DNA from: Candidatus Micrarchaeota archaeon
GTDB lineage: Archaea > Micrarchaeota > Micrarchaeia > Anstonellales > Bilamarchaeaceae
DNA length: 64,000 bases
Reading direction: 5' to 3'
Assembly (NCBI GenBank): GCA_043821365.1
Contig: JBDRCX010000006.1
Location: forward strand, 128,001-192,000
The notes under the pieces were generated by a model. The model did not search any database. It saw only the letters and a list, made by a program, of their open reading frames with translations, and was not told where the DNA came from. This document shows positions 8,952 through 18,021 of this stretch, piece by piece. Position 1 is the first letter of the stretch. Each line of letters starts with the position of its first letter. A program made the translations under genes and the position numbers.

Positions 8952-10022
8952 TTAAGCACCCATGATTGATTTTAACATATGAACAACAATATTTGGATGT
9001 ATCATTTTTGTTGGTTTGTCCATATGCCCATTTTTTGATAGATAAACATCCATTTTCAGTCTTTTAAGCCTTTTGCCGAGAACAGAAAGCGATTCATCTG
9101 ACTGACTAGCAAGATATTCATGCAAGATTTTATGAATGGCAAGGTCTGTGCCAAATTTAAGTCTCCATTCATTTTCATACCTTTCGGGCTTTGTAATATT
9201 TTTGCCAATCAACGCAGCACAATTACCTCCAAAAATCACACCACCACCAGTAGTTGATTTGACTTGGCCAGCAGCATCGCCAACAAGTAGAATGTTTTTA
9301 TCATACATTTTTTTGGCTGTTTTTGAACGAGTTTCTAGTGGGATTATTGATCCGCTTGGTTTTGGTGCAGAATCTATTTTCATTAATTTGAGTAGATTTT
9401 TCCACCCGGTTATGGCACGGGATGGTGCTCCAACACCAACACCAAATTCTGCTTCTTCTTCATTATGTGGGATTATCCATGCAAAAAAACCTGGGAATTT
9501 TGAATTTGAAACAAATATTTCAACAGCATGTTTATCCTCGCACTTAAACTTTACATCTGCTTGAAGAGTGGCTGCAAATTTTTTTATTGAAGGAAAAGAA
9601 AAATGCCTTGCAACATGTGAAAATGGACCATCTGCACCCACAATATTATCAGTATGAAACCTTCCATTAACTTTCTCACCATAGTTTATTCTGGCTCCTT
9701 CAGATTCTGCATTAGATGCCAGGGATGAATCAAGAGTAGAACGGCTGCAGACATAGGCAACAGGAGTTTCACGACGAACAGAAAGGGTTGTACCGTTTAT
9801 GTGTATATTTGCTCCATTTATTTCGTTCATAATTGACATTCGATAATCAACAAAATTTTTTAGTGAGTCTAAACCGTCAATTGAAAATAGACCGGAACAG
9901 TTTTCTGGTAGGCCTGAGAGTTTATGATCCTCGGAAATAACAACATTGTGACCATGACGAATAGCACTTAATGCTGAAATGCAACCAGTTGGACCGGCAC
10001 CCACAATATGAACATCTGCCAT
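8952..10022 (-). CDS. Geranylgeranyl reductase family FAD oxidoreductase
   Basis: IVGAGPTG Rossmann motif, CSG, GADG, FAWIIP, LLVGDAAGQVK.TTGGG; true start is MADVHIV at 10022. Confidence 0.9.
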   Translation of the reverse strand: MADVHIVGAGPTGCISALSAIRHGHNVVISEDHKLSGLPENCSGLFSIDGLDSLKNFVDYRMSIMNEINGANIHINGTTLSVRRETPVAYVCSRSTLDSSLASNAESEGARINYGEKVNGRFHTDNIVGADGPFSHVARHFSFPSIKKFAATLQADVKFKCEDKHAVEIFVSNSKFPGFFAWIIPHNEEEAEFGVGVGAPSRAITGWKNLLKLMKIDSAPKPSGSIIPLETRSKTAKKMYDKNILLVGDAAGQVKSTTGGGVIFGGNCAALIGKNITKPERYENEWRLKFGTDLAIHKILHEYLASQSDESLSVLGKRLKRLKMDVYLSKNGHMDKPTKMIHPNIVVHMLKSIMGA

Positions 10023-10083
10023 TGGCAGATAAATAATAAGAAGATTTTTTAAACATAAAAAGAAAGATTGAATTTGATAAAAA

Positions 10084-11289
10084 ATGTACGAGATTTGTGG
10101 TGGCTGGGCAATTCTCCCCAATGGGATAAAAAAAGGAATATCTGTCGCAGTAGAAGGAGATAGGATAATTGATATTGGCAAAACAACGGAAATTAGAAAA
10201 AAATACAAATTTTCAAATTCCATAGGATCAGACAAGTATGTAATCTCACCTGGGTTTGTGGATAGTCATTTGCACAGTTTTCAAGTAGCAATGAGAAATA
10301 AACCAACCAACAAAGGACTTCTTCCATGGCTTAAAAAGTATATCTGGAAATGGGAGGGTGAGATGACCAAAAAAGATGCAGAAAAATGTGCAAGAATTAG
10401 TTATAAAGAATTAATAGAAAATGGAGTTACTTCATTTGTAGATTATACATCAGTGAGACACACTGATGAGGCATTTAAAGTTGCAAAGAAATTTGGTCTG
10501 CGCGCAACAATTGGAAAAACAATGATGGATAGGAACTCCCCTTCTGAATTAATTGAGGACACTGATCAGTCATTAATAGAAACAGAAAAATTAATCAAAA
10601 AATGGCATGGAAAAGAAAAAGGCCGCCTTAGGTATGCAGTAACTCCAAGATTCGGAATAACCTGTAGCGATGATCTTTTGATCGAAGCAATAAAATTATC
10701 AAAAAAATACAAAACAATGATCACAACACATGCACACGAGAACAAGGATGAGATGGATTTTGATAAGAAAAATTACAAAAAATCAGCCATAAAGCATTTT
10801 CACGATATTGGATTTCTAGGAGATAACACCATCCTCGCACATAGTATACATCTTAGTAATGATGAGATGAGAAGAATAGCAAAAACAAAAACAAAAATCT
10901 CCCACTGCCCAGGTTCAAATTTGGCATTGCGAAGTGGGTATGCACCAATACCAGAAATGAGAAAGCTCGGAATAGATATTGGGTTGGGGAGTGACGTTGC
11001 TGCATATAATAATTTCAGTCCATTTGACCAGATGAGATTGAGCATTAAGATACAAAAACTACGTGGAAAGAAATTAAACGAACACGATGCATACATGCTT
11101 GCAACTCTGGGAGGTGCGAATGCAATTGGACTGGGAACTGAAATAGGCAGCTTAGAAAAAGGAAAAAAAGCAGATATTGTTTTACTTGAAGTGGATAGTA
11201 GAGACACCATACCTTACATAGTTAGGTATGGGAAAAATAAAATGGTAAAGAAAGTAATTATAGATGGGAAATTAGTGCTTGACAAATAA
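10084..11289 (+). CDS. Amidohydrolase family nucleoside/purine deaminase (guanine, MTA/SAH or 5'-deoxyadenosine type)
   Basis: DSHLH, YAVTPRF, HAHE, LAHSIHL, HCPGSN, GLGSD, GSLEKGKKAD. Confidence 0.88.
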   Translation: MYEICGGWAILPNGIKKGISVAVEGDRIIDIGKTTEIRKKYKFSNSIGSDKYVISPGFVDSHLHSFQVAMRNKPTNKGLLPWLKKYIWKWEGEMTKKDAEKCARISYKELIENGVTSFVDYTSVRHTDEAFKVAKKFGLRATIGKTMMDRNSPSELIEDTDQSLIETEKLIKKWHGKEKGRLRYAVTPRFGITCSDDLLIEAIKLSKKYKTMITTHAHENKDEMDFDKKNYKKSAIKHFHDIGFLGDNTILAHSIHLSNDEMRRIAKTKTKISHCPGSNLALRSGYAPIPEMRKLGIDIGLGSDVAAYNNFSPFDQMRLSIKIQKLRGKKLNEHDAYMLATLGGANAIGLGTEIGSLEKGKKADIVLLEVDSRDTIPYIVRYGKNKMVKKVIIDGKLVLDK

Positions 11290-12438
11290 GAATAATAATG
11301 CCAAAACAAAAACTGAGAGGCAAGTTTGAGGTTGCCAGTCTTCTTGTTCTTTTTTTATCTGGAATGTTGCACTAGCTTCTGCATCATTAAACACTCCAAT
11401 AACAGGCACGTTATAGACATAGTTATCATCAAAAAGTGAATCATCCAACTGTCTAGTTAGGATGATTTTTTCATTTGGGCCTAGAAGAAGAAGTTTTTCT
11501 TCCTGAGTATTGAGCATTGATGAAACAAATGTTCCATATGTATAGAATGGTCTGGTATTTGTTATTTCAAATAAAACTGTCCTATTTTCAAGATAGATGT
11601 CAAGCTCTATTCCTTTTGGATCCTCTGTTGCAAAATTTGTAGACACCTCATCCTCAACAGTGAGAGATGCCTTTGTATCCATCGTCAGTATGCTATCGAA
11701 TATAGATAACTGATCTTCACCATAGGCAATGGCAATATGAGTATTATCAAGTAATCCCACTTGATTAAATGTTGGATCAACAGGAAGCCAACCATATCCA
11801 GGAAGATAGACCTCCACCCATGCATGAGGTTGCCATGCGGTAGTAAAAACATAACCAGTAACATAACGTGCCTTAAAACCAAGTGTTTGAATCATTGACA
11901 TAAATAAATGAGAATATTCAACACAAACTCCGCGCCCCTCTGCAAAAACTTCCTTTGCAGTTTTAGACTTGCCCCAGTAAGTAAGATCGTATGTCAGATA
12001 GCTGTGTACCCATTCAGTCACGTCACGGATAGTTTTGAGTGATGATGAATTTGAAACTTTTGCTGCTTGATATGATATGCCATCGTTTGGTTCAGTAAGA
12101 TTTGTAAATATAATTATGTTTTTGGGTTGGGTTGTGTCTCCTGTTATATTTGCTTCATAATTGACATCAACTATTACTATTGCACTAAGTTTAGCATTGC
12201 CAGTCCCAGAATAATTTAACCAGATTGTACCATCATCATCAGTGTTTACACCCATCTCAGGATCTGTAATTACTGAAAGAACTTTCTGGTTGCTGTTATT
12301 TACAATTAGTGAACCATTAAACTCAAAAGGGCCAGTATTTATTATTGTCCAACTTCTTTCAACAACTTGTCTCGAAAGACCAAAATGAATTGCAAATGAA
12401 ATAGACAGAATAAATAAAAAAAGAAAACTAAGTTTCAT
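11272..12438 (-). CDS. Secreted, membrane-anchored transglutaminase-like protein
   Basis: GVCVEYS (Cys), HAWVE (His), VDPT (Asp) triad; N-terminal signal and C-terminal hydrophobic tail. Confidence 0.88.
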   Translation of the reverse strand: MKLSFLFLFILSISFAIHFGLSRQVVERSWTIINTGPFEFNGSLIVNNSNQKVLSVITDPEMGVNTDDDGTIWLNYSGTGNAKLSAIVIVDVNYEANITGDTTQPKNIIIFTNLTEPNDGISYQAAKVSNSSSLKTIRDVTEWVHSYLTYDLTYWGKSKTAKEVFAEGRGVCVEYSHLFMSMIQTLGFKARYVTGYVFTTAWQPHAWVEVYLPGYGWLPVDPTFNQVGLLDNTHIAIAYGEDQLSIFDSILTMDTKASLTVEDEVSTNFATEDPKGIELDIYLENRTVLFEITNTRPFYTYGTFVSSMLNTQEEKLLLLGPNEKIILTRQLDDSLFDDNYVYNVPVIGVFNDAEASATFQIKKEQEDWQPQTCLSVFVLALLFLFVKH

Positions 12439-13736
12439 GGTTTATCCCGTAGTTTCAATACTCTATCTATTTTAGTATTGACAAATTCTTTTGTCCCTAT
12501 GTCTTTTCTGTGCCAAACAGGGCCAGACACATAATCGCATCCTTTTTCGGCTATTTTTTCCGCATCATCTAATGTTTTTGCTTTTCCTATAATCCCGAAT
12601 GCCCTTGACCCAGTAGTAAAGATCTTGCCTGTTGACTCATAAACAGATGCATAATATACTTGCGCTCCAGAAAGTTCAAGATTCTTAGAATCAACAGAAA
12701 CTTCTTTGTCTCTGAGAGGATTATCAGGATAACCTTCAGGAACAAGATATTTCACAACAGTGGAATTGGTTGAGAATTTTGCAGATGTTAATTGTCCCTC
12801 TGCCATTGATAGGAATATATTGCTAAGTGGGTCTTCAAGAAGAGAAAGAACATTCATTGCTTCTGGATCACCGAAACGTGCATTGAATTCTATAACTTTT
12901 GGTCCTTTTTTAGTGATTATAAATTGGCCATACAATACACCTTTGAAAGGCGCACCATCTTTTTTCAAAGCATATATAATTCCCTGCATTATTTTTTTTG
13001 CTATCTCAAGATCAGAGTTTGTCAAAAATGGAAGGAGATCCCCTGTTGAGTAACTACCCATACCACCAGTATTTGGACCTTTGTCTTGTTCAAATGCTCT
13101 TTTATGATCTTGTACAGGTGGCATAAACACCATCTTAGAACCATCACAAAATGCCTGGAAAGTAAATTCTTCCCCGATTAATTTTTCTTCAATAAGAGCA
13201 ATACCGTCTTTTTTTATCAGTGAATATGCGTATTCTGCACCATCTTGAATTTCAGTGAAATGGTCTCCAGTAACCTTAACTCCTTTTCCTCCAGTAAGGC
13301 CAAGAGGTTTTATTGCAACTGCATCATAATCTTTCAGTACACGCAGGGCATCTGATTCTGTTTTAACTAATTCATAGGCAGGAGAACCTTCGATACCATA
13401 CTTTTTCATAATATTGCGCATGTATGATTTGTCCCATTCTATCCTAGATGCTGCTTTTGAAGGCGAGGCAACAAGCATGCCAGTACTAGCTAATGCATCA
13501 CTAACACCAGCCGCAAGTGTTGCATCTGGACTGGAAAAACCAAGTTCAAATGAATGTCCGGATATGGCTTTAAGAACTGCATCTGGATTTTCAATATCAC
13601 ATATCCAGTATTCTTTAGAAAGTTGAGCGATTGCAGGGTTTTTTTTAGACATTACTGAGTATAGTTCGCAATCCTGAGCAAGTTTCTCTGCAATTGCATG
13701 TTCTCTAGCACCATTGCCTACAAGTAAAATTCTCAT
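12435..13736 (-). CDS. purD: Phosphoribosylamine--glycine ligase
   Basis: GNGAREHA, GGKGV, QDHKR, GPNTGGMG, EFNARFGDPE. Confidence 0.96.
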   Translation of the reverse strand: MRILLVGNGAREHAIAEKLAQDCELYSVMSKKNPAIAQLSKEYWICDIENPDAVLKAISGHSFELGFSSPDATLAAGVSDALASTGMLVASPSKAASRIEWDKSYMRNIMKKYGIEGSPAYELVKTESDALRVLKDYDAVAIKPLGLTGGKGVKVTGDHFTEIQDGAEYAYSLIKKDGIALIEEKLIGEEFTFQAFCDGSKMVFMPPVQDHKRAFEQDKGPNTGGMGSYSTGDLLPFLTNSDLEIAKKIMQGIIYALKKDGAPFKGVLYGQFIITKKGPKVIEFNARFGDPEAMNVLSLLEDPLSNIFLSMAEGQLTSAKFSTNSTVVKYLVPEGYPDNPLRDKEVSVDSKNLELSGAQVYYASVYESTGKIFTTGSRAFGIIGKAKTLDDAEKIAEKGCDYVSGPVWHRKDIGTKEFVNTKIDRVLKLRDKP

Positions 13737-13754
13737 ATAAAAACCTCACTGATG

Positions 13755-14030
13755 TTATCTAGATCCAAAAAGCTCAAAAAATGAATCTTTGAATGATTTT
13801 TTTAACGGTTTTTTGAGCAAATATGCCCGGGTTGTTGGGTATTGACGAGTAAGTTCAAAATTAAAAATATAATCGCTAAGTATGTTTGTTTGTAGTTTCT
13901 CCTCATGAATTATTTTAACTTTGGTTTTTCTTGGTCTTTTATAATGCACTGTTTTTTTTGGTTTTGTAATTTTTTTTTGTTTAATTGGTTTGGAGGATTT
14001 TTTTGTATTTTTTAATTTCTTTTTCTTCAC
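13755..14030 (-). CDS. Lys-rich hypothetical protein, last gene of the VirB4-like operon
   Basis: ATGA overlap with the upstream gene; low-complexity basic N-terminus. Confidence 0.45.
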   Translation of the reverse strand: MKKKKLKNTKKSSKPIKQKKITKPKKTVHYKRPRKTKVKIIHEEKLQTNILSDYIFNFELTRQYPTTRAYLLKKPLKKSFKDSFFELFGSR

Positions 14031-14731
14031 TCGAACCGCCTCTTGATATAGCCCTCTCGTATAAGCATGTTCAGACCTTCTTCAACCCTTGACACTGCAA
14101 CTGAATTCGCTTTGGAAAAGTCCCTAACATCAATTGTCCCCCCATGAACTTTTATCCAATTATACAATGACTCCTTGAGAAGATCGTCACTCATACCACT
14201 CATCTGGCTTAGTTTTTTCTGAAGTTCATCCCTTTTCCTTTCACATTCAAGTAAAAGTCTGGTATTGCCTTCTCCAGATCTTACTAGATCATCATATTTT
14301 GCAGACAAATCATCATATTTAGATTCAAGTTCTGTTAGTTCAGTAGAGAATTCCATTGCATCCCGATCAATGATCTTCGAAGTTTCTGATAGGGCTGCAG
14401 TAACATGAGAAAAGATGCTTGTTGGTTTTACATCATAATAATCCTCAGCAACTTGAAGAATATTTAGGAATGTAGGCATTAGATCTAGAAGTCTTGCAGT
14501 TTTTCCCCTATTTGCTGAATAACTATATAAAAATTCTATCTCTGCTGGTTTAAATTCAACTTTATATTCTAGATATGGTTTCCCCTGAAGGTCAGATCCT
14601 TTTATTTTTTCAACAGATAAAACATTTTTCAAAAATGATATTTTAGTAAAACCAAGACCGCTCAAAAGTGCAGCAAGGTGTTTGAGTTGTTTTTTCTGTT
14701 TTGCAATAACAATTATTTTTTCTTCAGACAT
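14027..14731 (-). CDS. Coiled-coil protein with C-terminal winged-helix-like domain
   Basis: Heptad region ELTELESKYDDLSAKYDDL; C-terminus LYNWIKVHGGTIDVRDFSK...RVEEGLNMLIREGYIK; GGAGG SD. Confidence 0.75.
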   Translation of the reverse strand: MSEEKIIVIAKQKKQLKHLAALLSGLGFTKISFLKNVLSVEKIKGSDLQGKPYLEYKVEFKPAEIEFLYSYSANRGKTARLLDLMPTFLNILQVAEDYYDVKPTSIFSHVTAALSETSKIIDRDAMEFSTELTELESKYDDLSAKYDDLVRSGEGNTRLLLECERKRDELQKKLSQMSGMSDDLLKESLYNWIKVHGGTIDVRDFSKANSVAVSRVEEGLNMLIREGYIKRRFE

Positions 14732-16214
14732 TGTCTTCCTCCAAAACGACGTTCACAACGCCTTTTGTTGCCTTTCTCATCCTCACTAATGAAAAGACTC
14801 TTATGAGGTTCTTTTCATCAATACCAAGCTGACGCAAGAAAGATATTATGGATGGTCTTGCATATCCAAATTTTTCTAAAACTGAAACAAGCTGTTCACC
14901 GTCAAGTAGCCCGTCGCCCTTTGAAAATTCATTTTTTATTAGATTAAGCTGGCCTTCATTAAGTCCAATCTCATAAAGCATCCTAACAAATTGTTCGCGT
15001 TCAATCTCAACAATCATATCCCCACCTTTAATTTTATATATAAGAAGTGGTTCTTCACCATCAATCTTTTCCATTAAAAATGTCATAACTTTTGACTGGC
15101 GTTCTGCGAATATCATATTAACTGCAGCATCACCAACACCGAACTTTGATATTTCGCCATCTATGAAATCAGAATAACCAATTGAACTCCTAACATAATC
15201 TCTGAATTCTTTGAGAATCATCCTAAGTACAAATACACTACCAATATTGCTGAATATTGTTTTGTGCATGTCAGTCGGATTCTGAGTGGCGATAACAAGT
15301 GAAAAATTATACTTACGCCCTTCCCGAACAATTGCAATAACATCACTACGTTCGTCCTGAGCTATCTTCCAGGCTTCATCAAGAACAACAAAAAGTTTCA
15401 CTTTTGTATTGTCTGATTGCATACCCTCTGCACGCATAAGCTCTTTGATATACTGAAGGATAGTCAAACCTGCAAGGCTTCTAACTTCCTCACTTGGGAG
15501 ACCATGAAGATCGATACAAACAAGACCGCTTGATGTTAGCTTTTTGAGGTCCATAGTAGATGTTCCTGCAAAAAAGTCAGTTCCTTCTGCAGTGAATCTT
15601 TTCAATAATCTTGCTGCTTTTTTCCTTCCAGAATGCTCAAGAACAGTAACAACATCAACAAGTGTTGGTTTTACCTTATTTGGGCCTCTATCAACCTTTG
15701 CTGATTTTGCATTCTTTTTGCTCCCATAATAAACTTTTTCCAAAGCTTCTTCTATCTCGTCCCTTTCATTTGGATAGCTTTTCAAATCAAGGAGAATATC
15801 TAAAGCAGAGATGATCTGTTTTATTCTGCTTCTTTTCGGAAGCCCGGCCAAATCAAGAATATTTAGTTTTTCCTTAGCTAGATTTATTGTATGTCCCCCA
15901 GCTTGTTTTACCCAGGGTTCATATTCACCAACCCAATCAAGAATTATGGCATTTGTATTCCATATAAGCGATGCTCTTGTTAGAAATGTTTTCACAGTAT
16001 AGCTCTTACCAGAACCAGTAATTCCAATTACTGCGATGTGAGGATTGATGAGTTTGCTTGGATCCCAAAAAACCGGAGTCCTTAGGAATCTTGTTTTGCC
16101 AATATACACACCATGAGAAGGAGTAGAAAGAAGAAGTTCTTTGCGAGGTTCTGGTGGATGAACCAGAATCATTTTTCTTGCAACTTCTTTTGATAGCATG
16201 TAGGATGGTTTCAT
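14724..16214 (-). CDS. VirB4/HerA/CedB-like P-loop ATPase with C-terminal extension
   Basis: NPHIAVIGITGSGKS Walker A, ILDWVGEY, VVLDEAW Walker B, REGRKY, ATQ; likely start MKPSY at 16214. Confidence 0.88.
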   Translation of the reverse strand: MKPSYMLSKEVARKMILVHPPEPRKELLLSTPSHGVYIGKTRFLRTPVFWDPSKLINPHIAVIGITGSGKSYTVKTFLTRASLIWNTNAIILDWVGEYEPWVKQAGGHTINLAKEKLNILDLAGLPKRSRIKQIISALDILLDLKSYPNERDEIEEALEKVYYGSKKNAKSAKVDRGPNKVKPTLVDVVTVLEHSGRKKAARLLKRFTAEGTDFFAGTSTMDLKKLTSSGLVCIDLHGLPSEEVRSLAGLTILQYIKELMRAEGMQSDNTKVKLFVVLDEAWKIAQDERSDVIAIVREGRKYNFSLVIATQNPTDMHKTIFSNIGSVFVLRMILKEFRDYVRSSIGYSDFIDGEISKFGVGDAAVNMIFAERQSKVMTFLMEKIDGEEPLLIYKIKGGDMIVEIEREQFVRMLYEIGLNEGQLNLIKNEFSKGDGLLDGEQLVSVLEKFGYARPSIISFLRQLGIDEKNLIRVFSLVRMRKATKGVVNVVLEEDNV

Positions 16215-16283
16215 ATTAATGAGCTTCCTCCGGTGTACACATATTCGTAAGCTTACAGAATATATAAAGCTTAGCATCCGAGG

Positions 16284-17138
16284 TTATTCCTCAATGAATG
16301 TGGTTATTCTATCTGCAACAATATCACTTTTAGGCATCTGACTTAGAATACTGTTGTGGTTTCTATTTTCAACTATGAGAGTCTCCACAGGAACATTCTT
16401 TGAATTAAGAGCAGTTTCAAACGATGTGAGCTGAGATAAAGGGACAAGCTCATCGTCCATACCATGTACAAGTAGATAGTTGGTTGTTTCATTATCTTTG
16501 ATTTGCCAGACTGGGGATGCATCTTTCTTTGATGTTTGGCCTAGGAATAGGTTCAAAGCAAAACTAACTGACTTCTGATTTTCAAGAACAACAAAATCAT
16601 ATGGTCCTGCAATACCCACAATTTTATCAACATTTCTAGTTCCAAATTCTGATTCTTTTAGACCATAAAGTGTGGAGATGTGTGCACCTGCAGAATGCCC
16701 GATTAGAATTATTTGGTAATTATCTTGGAGTTTAAACTTTGTTTTGTTTGTTTCGATATAATTGATCACCATTGCAAGATCTTCCAATGGTGCAGGATAC
16801 TTTTCCACCAATGCCAGTCGATAATTCATATTCACAACACTATATCCTTCATCAGCAAAATATTGTGCGATTTCAGACATATAATTTTTATCACCGGCAA
16901 TCCATGCACCACCATGAACCAGTATTACTAGTGTGTTTGATGCATTAGTTGGAGCATAGAAATCGAACACTTGTTGCCGATGGCTCCCATAATGGATGTT
17001 TTTTCCATCACCAACTTCATTAGTTGATTCTGACATAGAATTATGGGAAATAAATATCACACCAAGAAGAGCAACTGCAGAAATTGCTAGAATTAAAGTA
17101 ACTAGAAAAACCACAGCAACTTTTCTTATTAGCATCAA
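16284..17138 (-). CDS. Secreted alpha/beta hydrolase (HSL-like esterase)
   Basis: HGGAW oxyanion motif, NYRL, GHSAG nucleophile, HG.DDELVP; N-terminal TM. Confidence 0.9.
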   Translation of the reverse strand: MMLIRKVAVVFLVTLILAISAVALLGVIFISHNSMSESTNEVGDGKNIHYGSHRQQVFDFYAPTNASNTLVILVHGGAWIAGDKNYMSEIAQYFADEGYSVVNMNYRLALVEKYPAPLEDLAMVINYIETNKTKFKLQDNYQIILIGHSAGAHISTLYGLKESEFGTRNVDKIVGIAGPYDFVVLENQKSVSFALNLFLGQTSKKDASPVWQIKDNETTNYLLVHGMDDELVPLSQLTSFETALNSKNVPVETLIVENRNHNSILSQMPKSDIVADRITTFIEE

Positions 17139-17169
17139 TTAGGCTTTAGTGTTGAAGTTTAAATGTTTT

Positions 17170-17952
17170 TCAGAAAAGTGCATCTTTTATTTCTTCCGGT
17201 GATGTTGGGAAAAAGTAGTCCCATTCAAAACATTTTAACATCTCAAGATCAGAAAGATCTCTAACATCGCAGCCTAATGAACTTGAAAGAATTGTTTTTA
17301 ATTCTTTAGCCTGTCTTGTTGCTCTGCTAACAGCTTCTTCCCTTGTAAGACCAAACGCAGTTGTTGATGCGAATGCAATAATTTCAACTGGTCTTTCACC
17401 TTGAGTAATACGATCTAGAAGACGATTCCAATAGGCAAGTTCACGATCCATACGCATCGATTCATCAGCAGCAAGTTTCACTTCCTTGGCCTTCTTTGAT
17501 TCAACTGCCCCTCTTTTTGTTTTTATTTCATCAATATGTTTTGAAAGATCCAGAGTACTGATCATCAATGAAATTTTCACAATATACTTAAGAGAACTTA
17601 TTGCCTTCTCAAAAGACTCAAACATGTTCTTTTTTTCTTCATTGTCTTTATCCATTGAACTTTCATAAAATCTCACTTCAAGAAATTTAGAAACATAATA
17701 ACCTGCTTCATTTTTCTTCACAATATACTCTCTTGAAGGTGGGACTTCATAACCACCATGAACCTCGATTATTCTAGCTGCTTTAGTAAAAAATGGAATT
17801 ATCAAATACCCGTATTTCCACAACAGTAGACTTAGACAAAAGAATGCTGCTGAGACTACTGGAAGAATAGGATTACCATAAAGAAGAGATAGAATAGTCG
17901 CAACAATGCCGCCAATAAGAACAACTGCTGTGACTGCACGGTTCAGAAACAT
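17170..17952 (-). CDS. Membrane protein with two N-terminal TMs and a soluble domain resembling VirB3/VirB4 N-terminal regions
   Basis: TM hairpin, then beta-rich segment, coiled coil and terminal LGCDVRDL...LKCFEW; fold assignment is inference. Confidence 0.6.
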   Translation of the reverse strand: MFLNRAVTAVVLIGGIVATILSLLYGNPILPVVSAAFFCLSLLLWKYGYLIIPFFTKAARIIEVHGGYEVPPSREYIVKKNEAGYYVSKFLEVRFYESSMDKDNEEKKNMFESFEKAISSLKYIVKISLMISTLDLSKHIDEIKTKRGAVESKKAKEVKLAADESMRMDRELAYWNRLLDRITQGERPVEIIAFASTTAFGLTREEAVSRATRQAKELKTILSSSLGCDVRDLSDLEMLKCFEWDYFFPTSPEEIKDALF

Positions 17953-18021
17953 GTTAGGAGATACACTTGTATTATTTAAAAAGTATGGCTCTGTTCACAC
18001 AGAATTGGTTCATACAAGACA

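Noticed and set aside
10013-10029. 7-bp hairpin over the GGR start codon (ATCTGCC-ATT-GGCAGAT)
   Set aside because: Short, half determined by coding sequence, and expected by chance.
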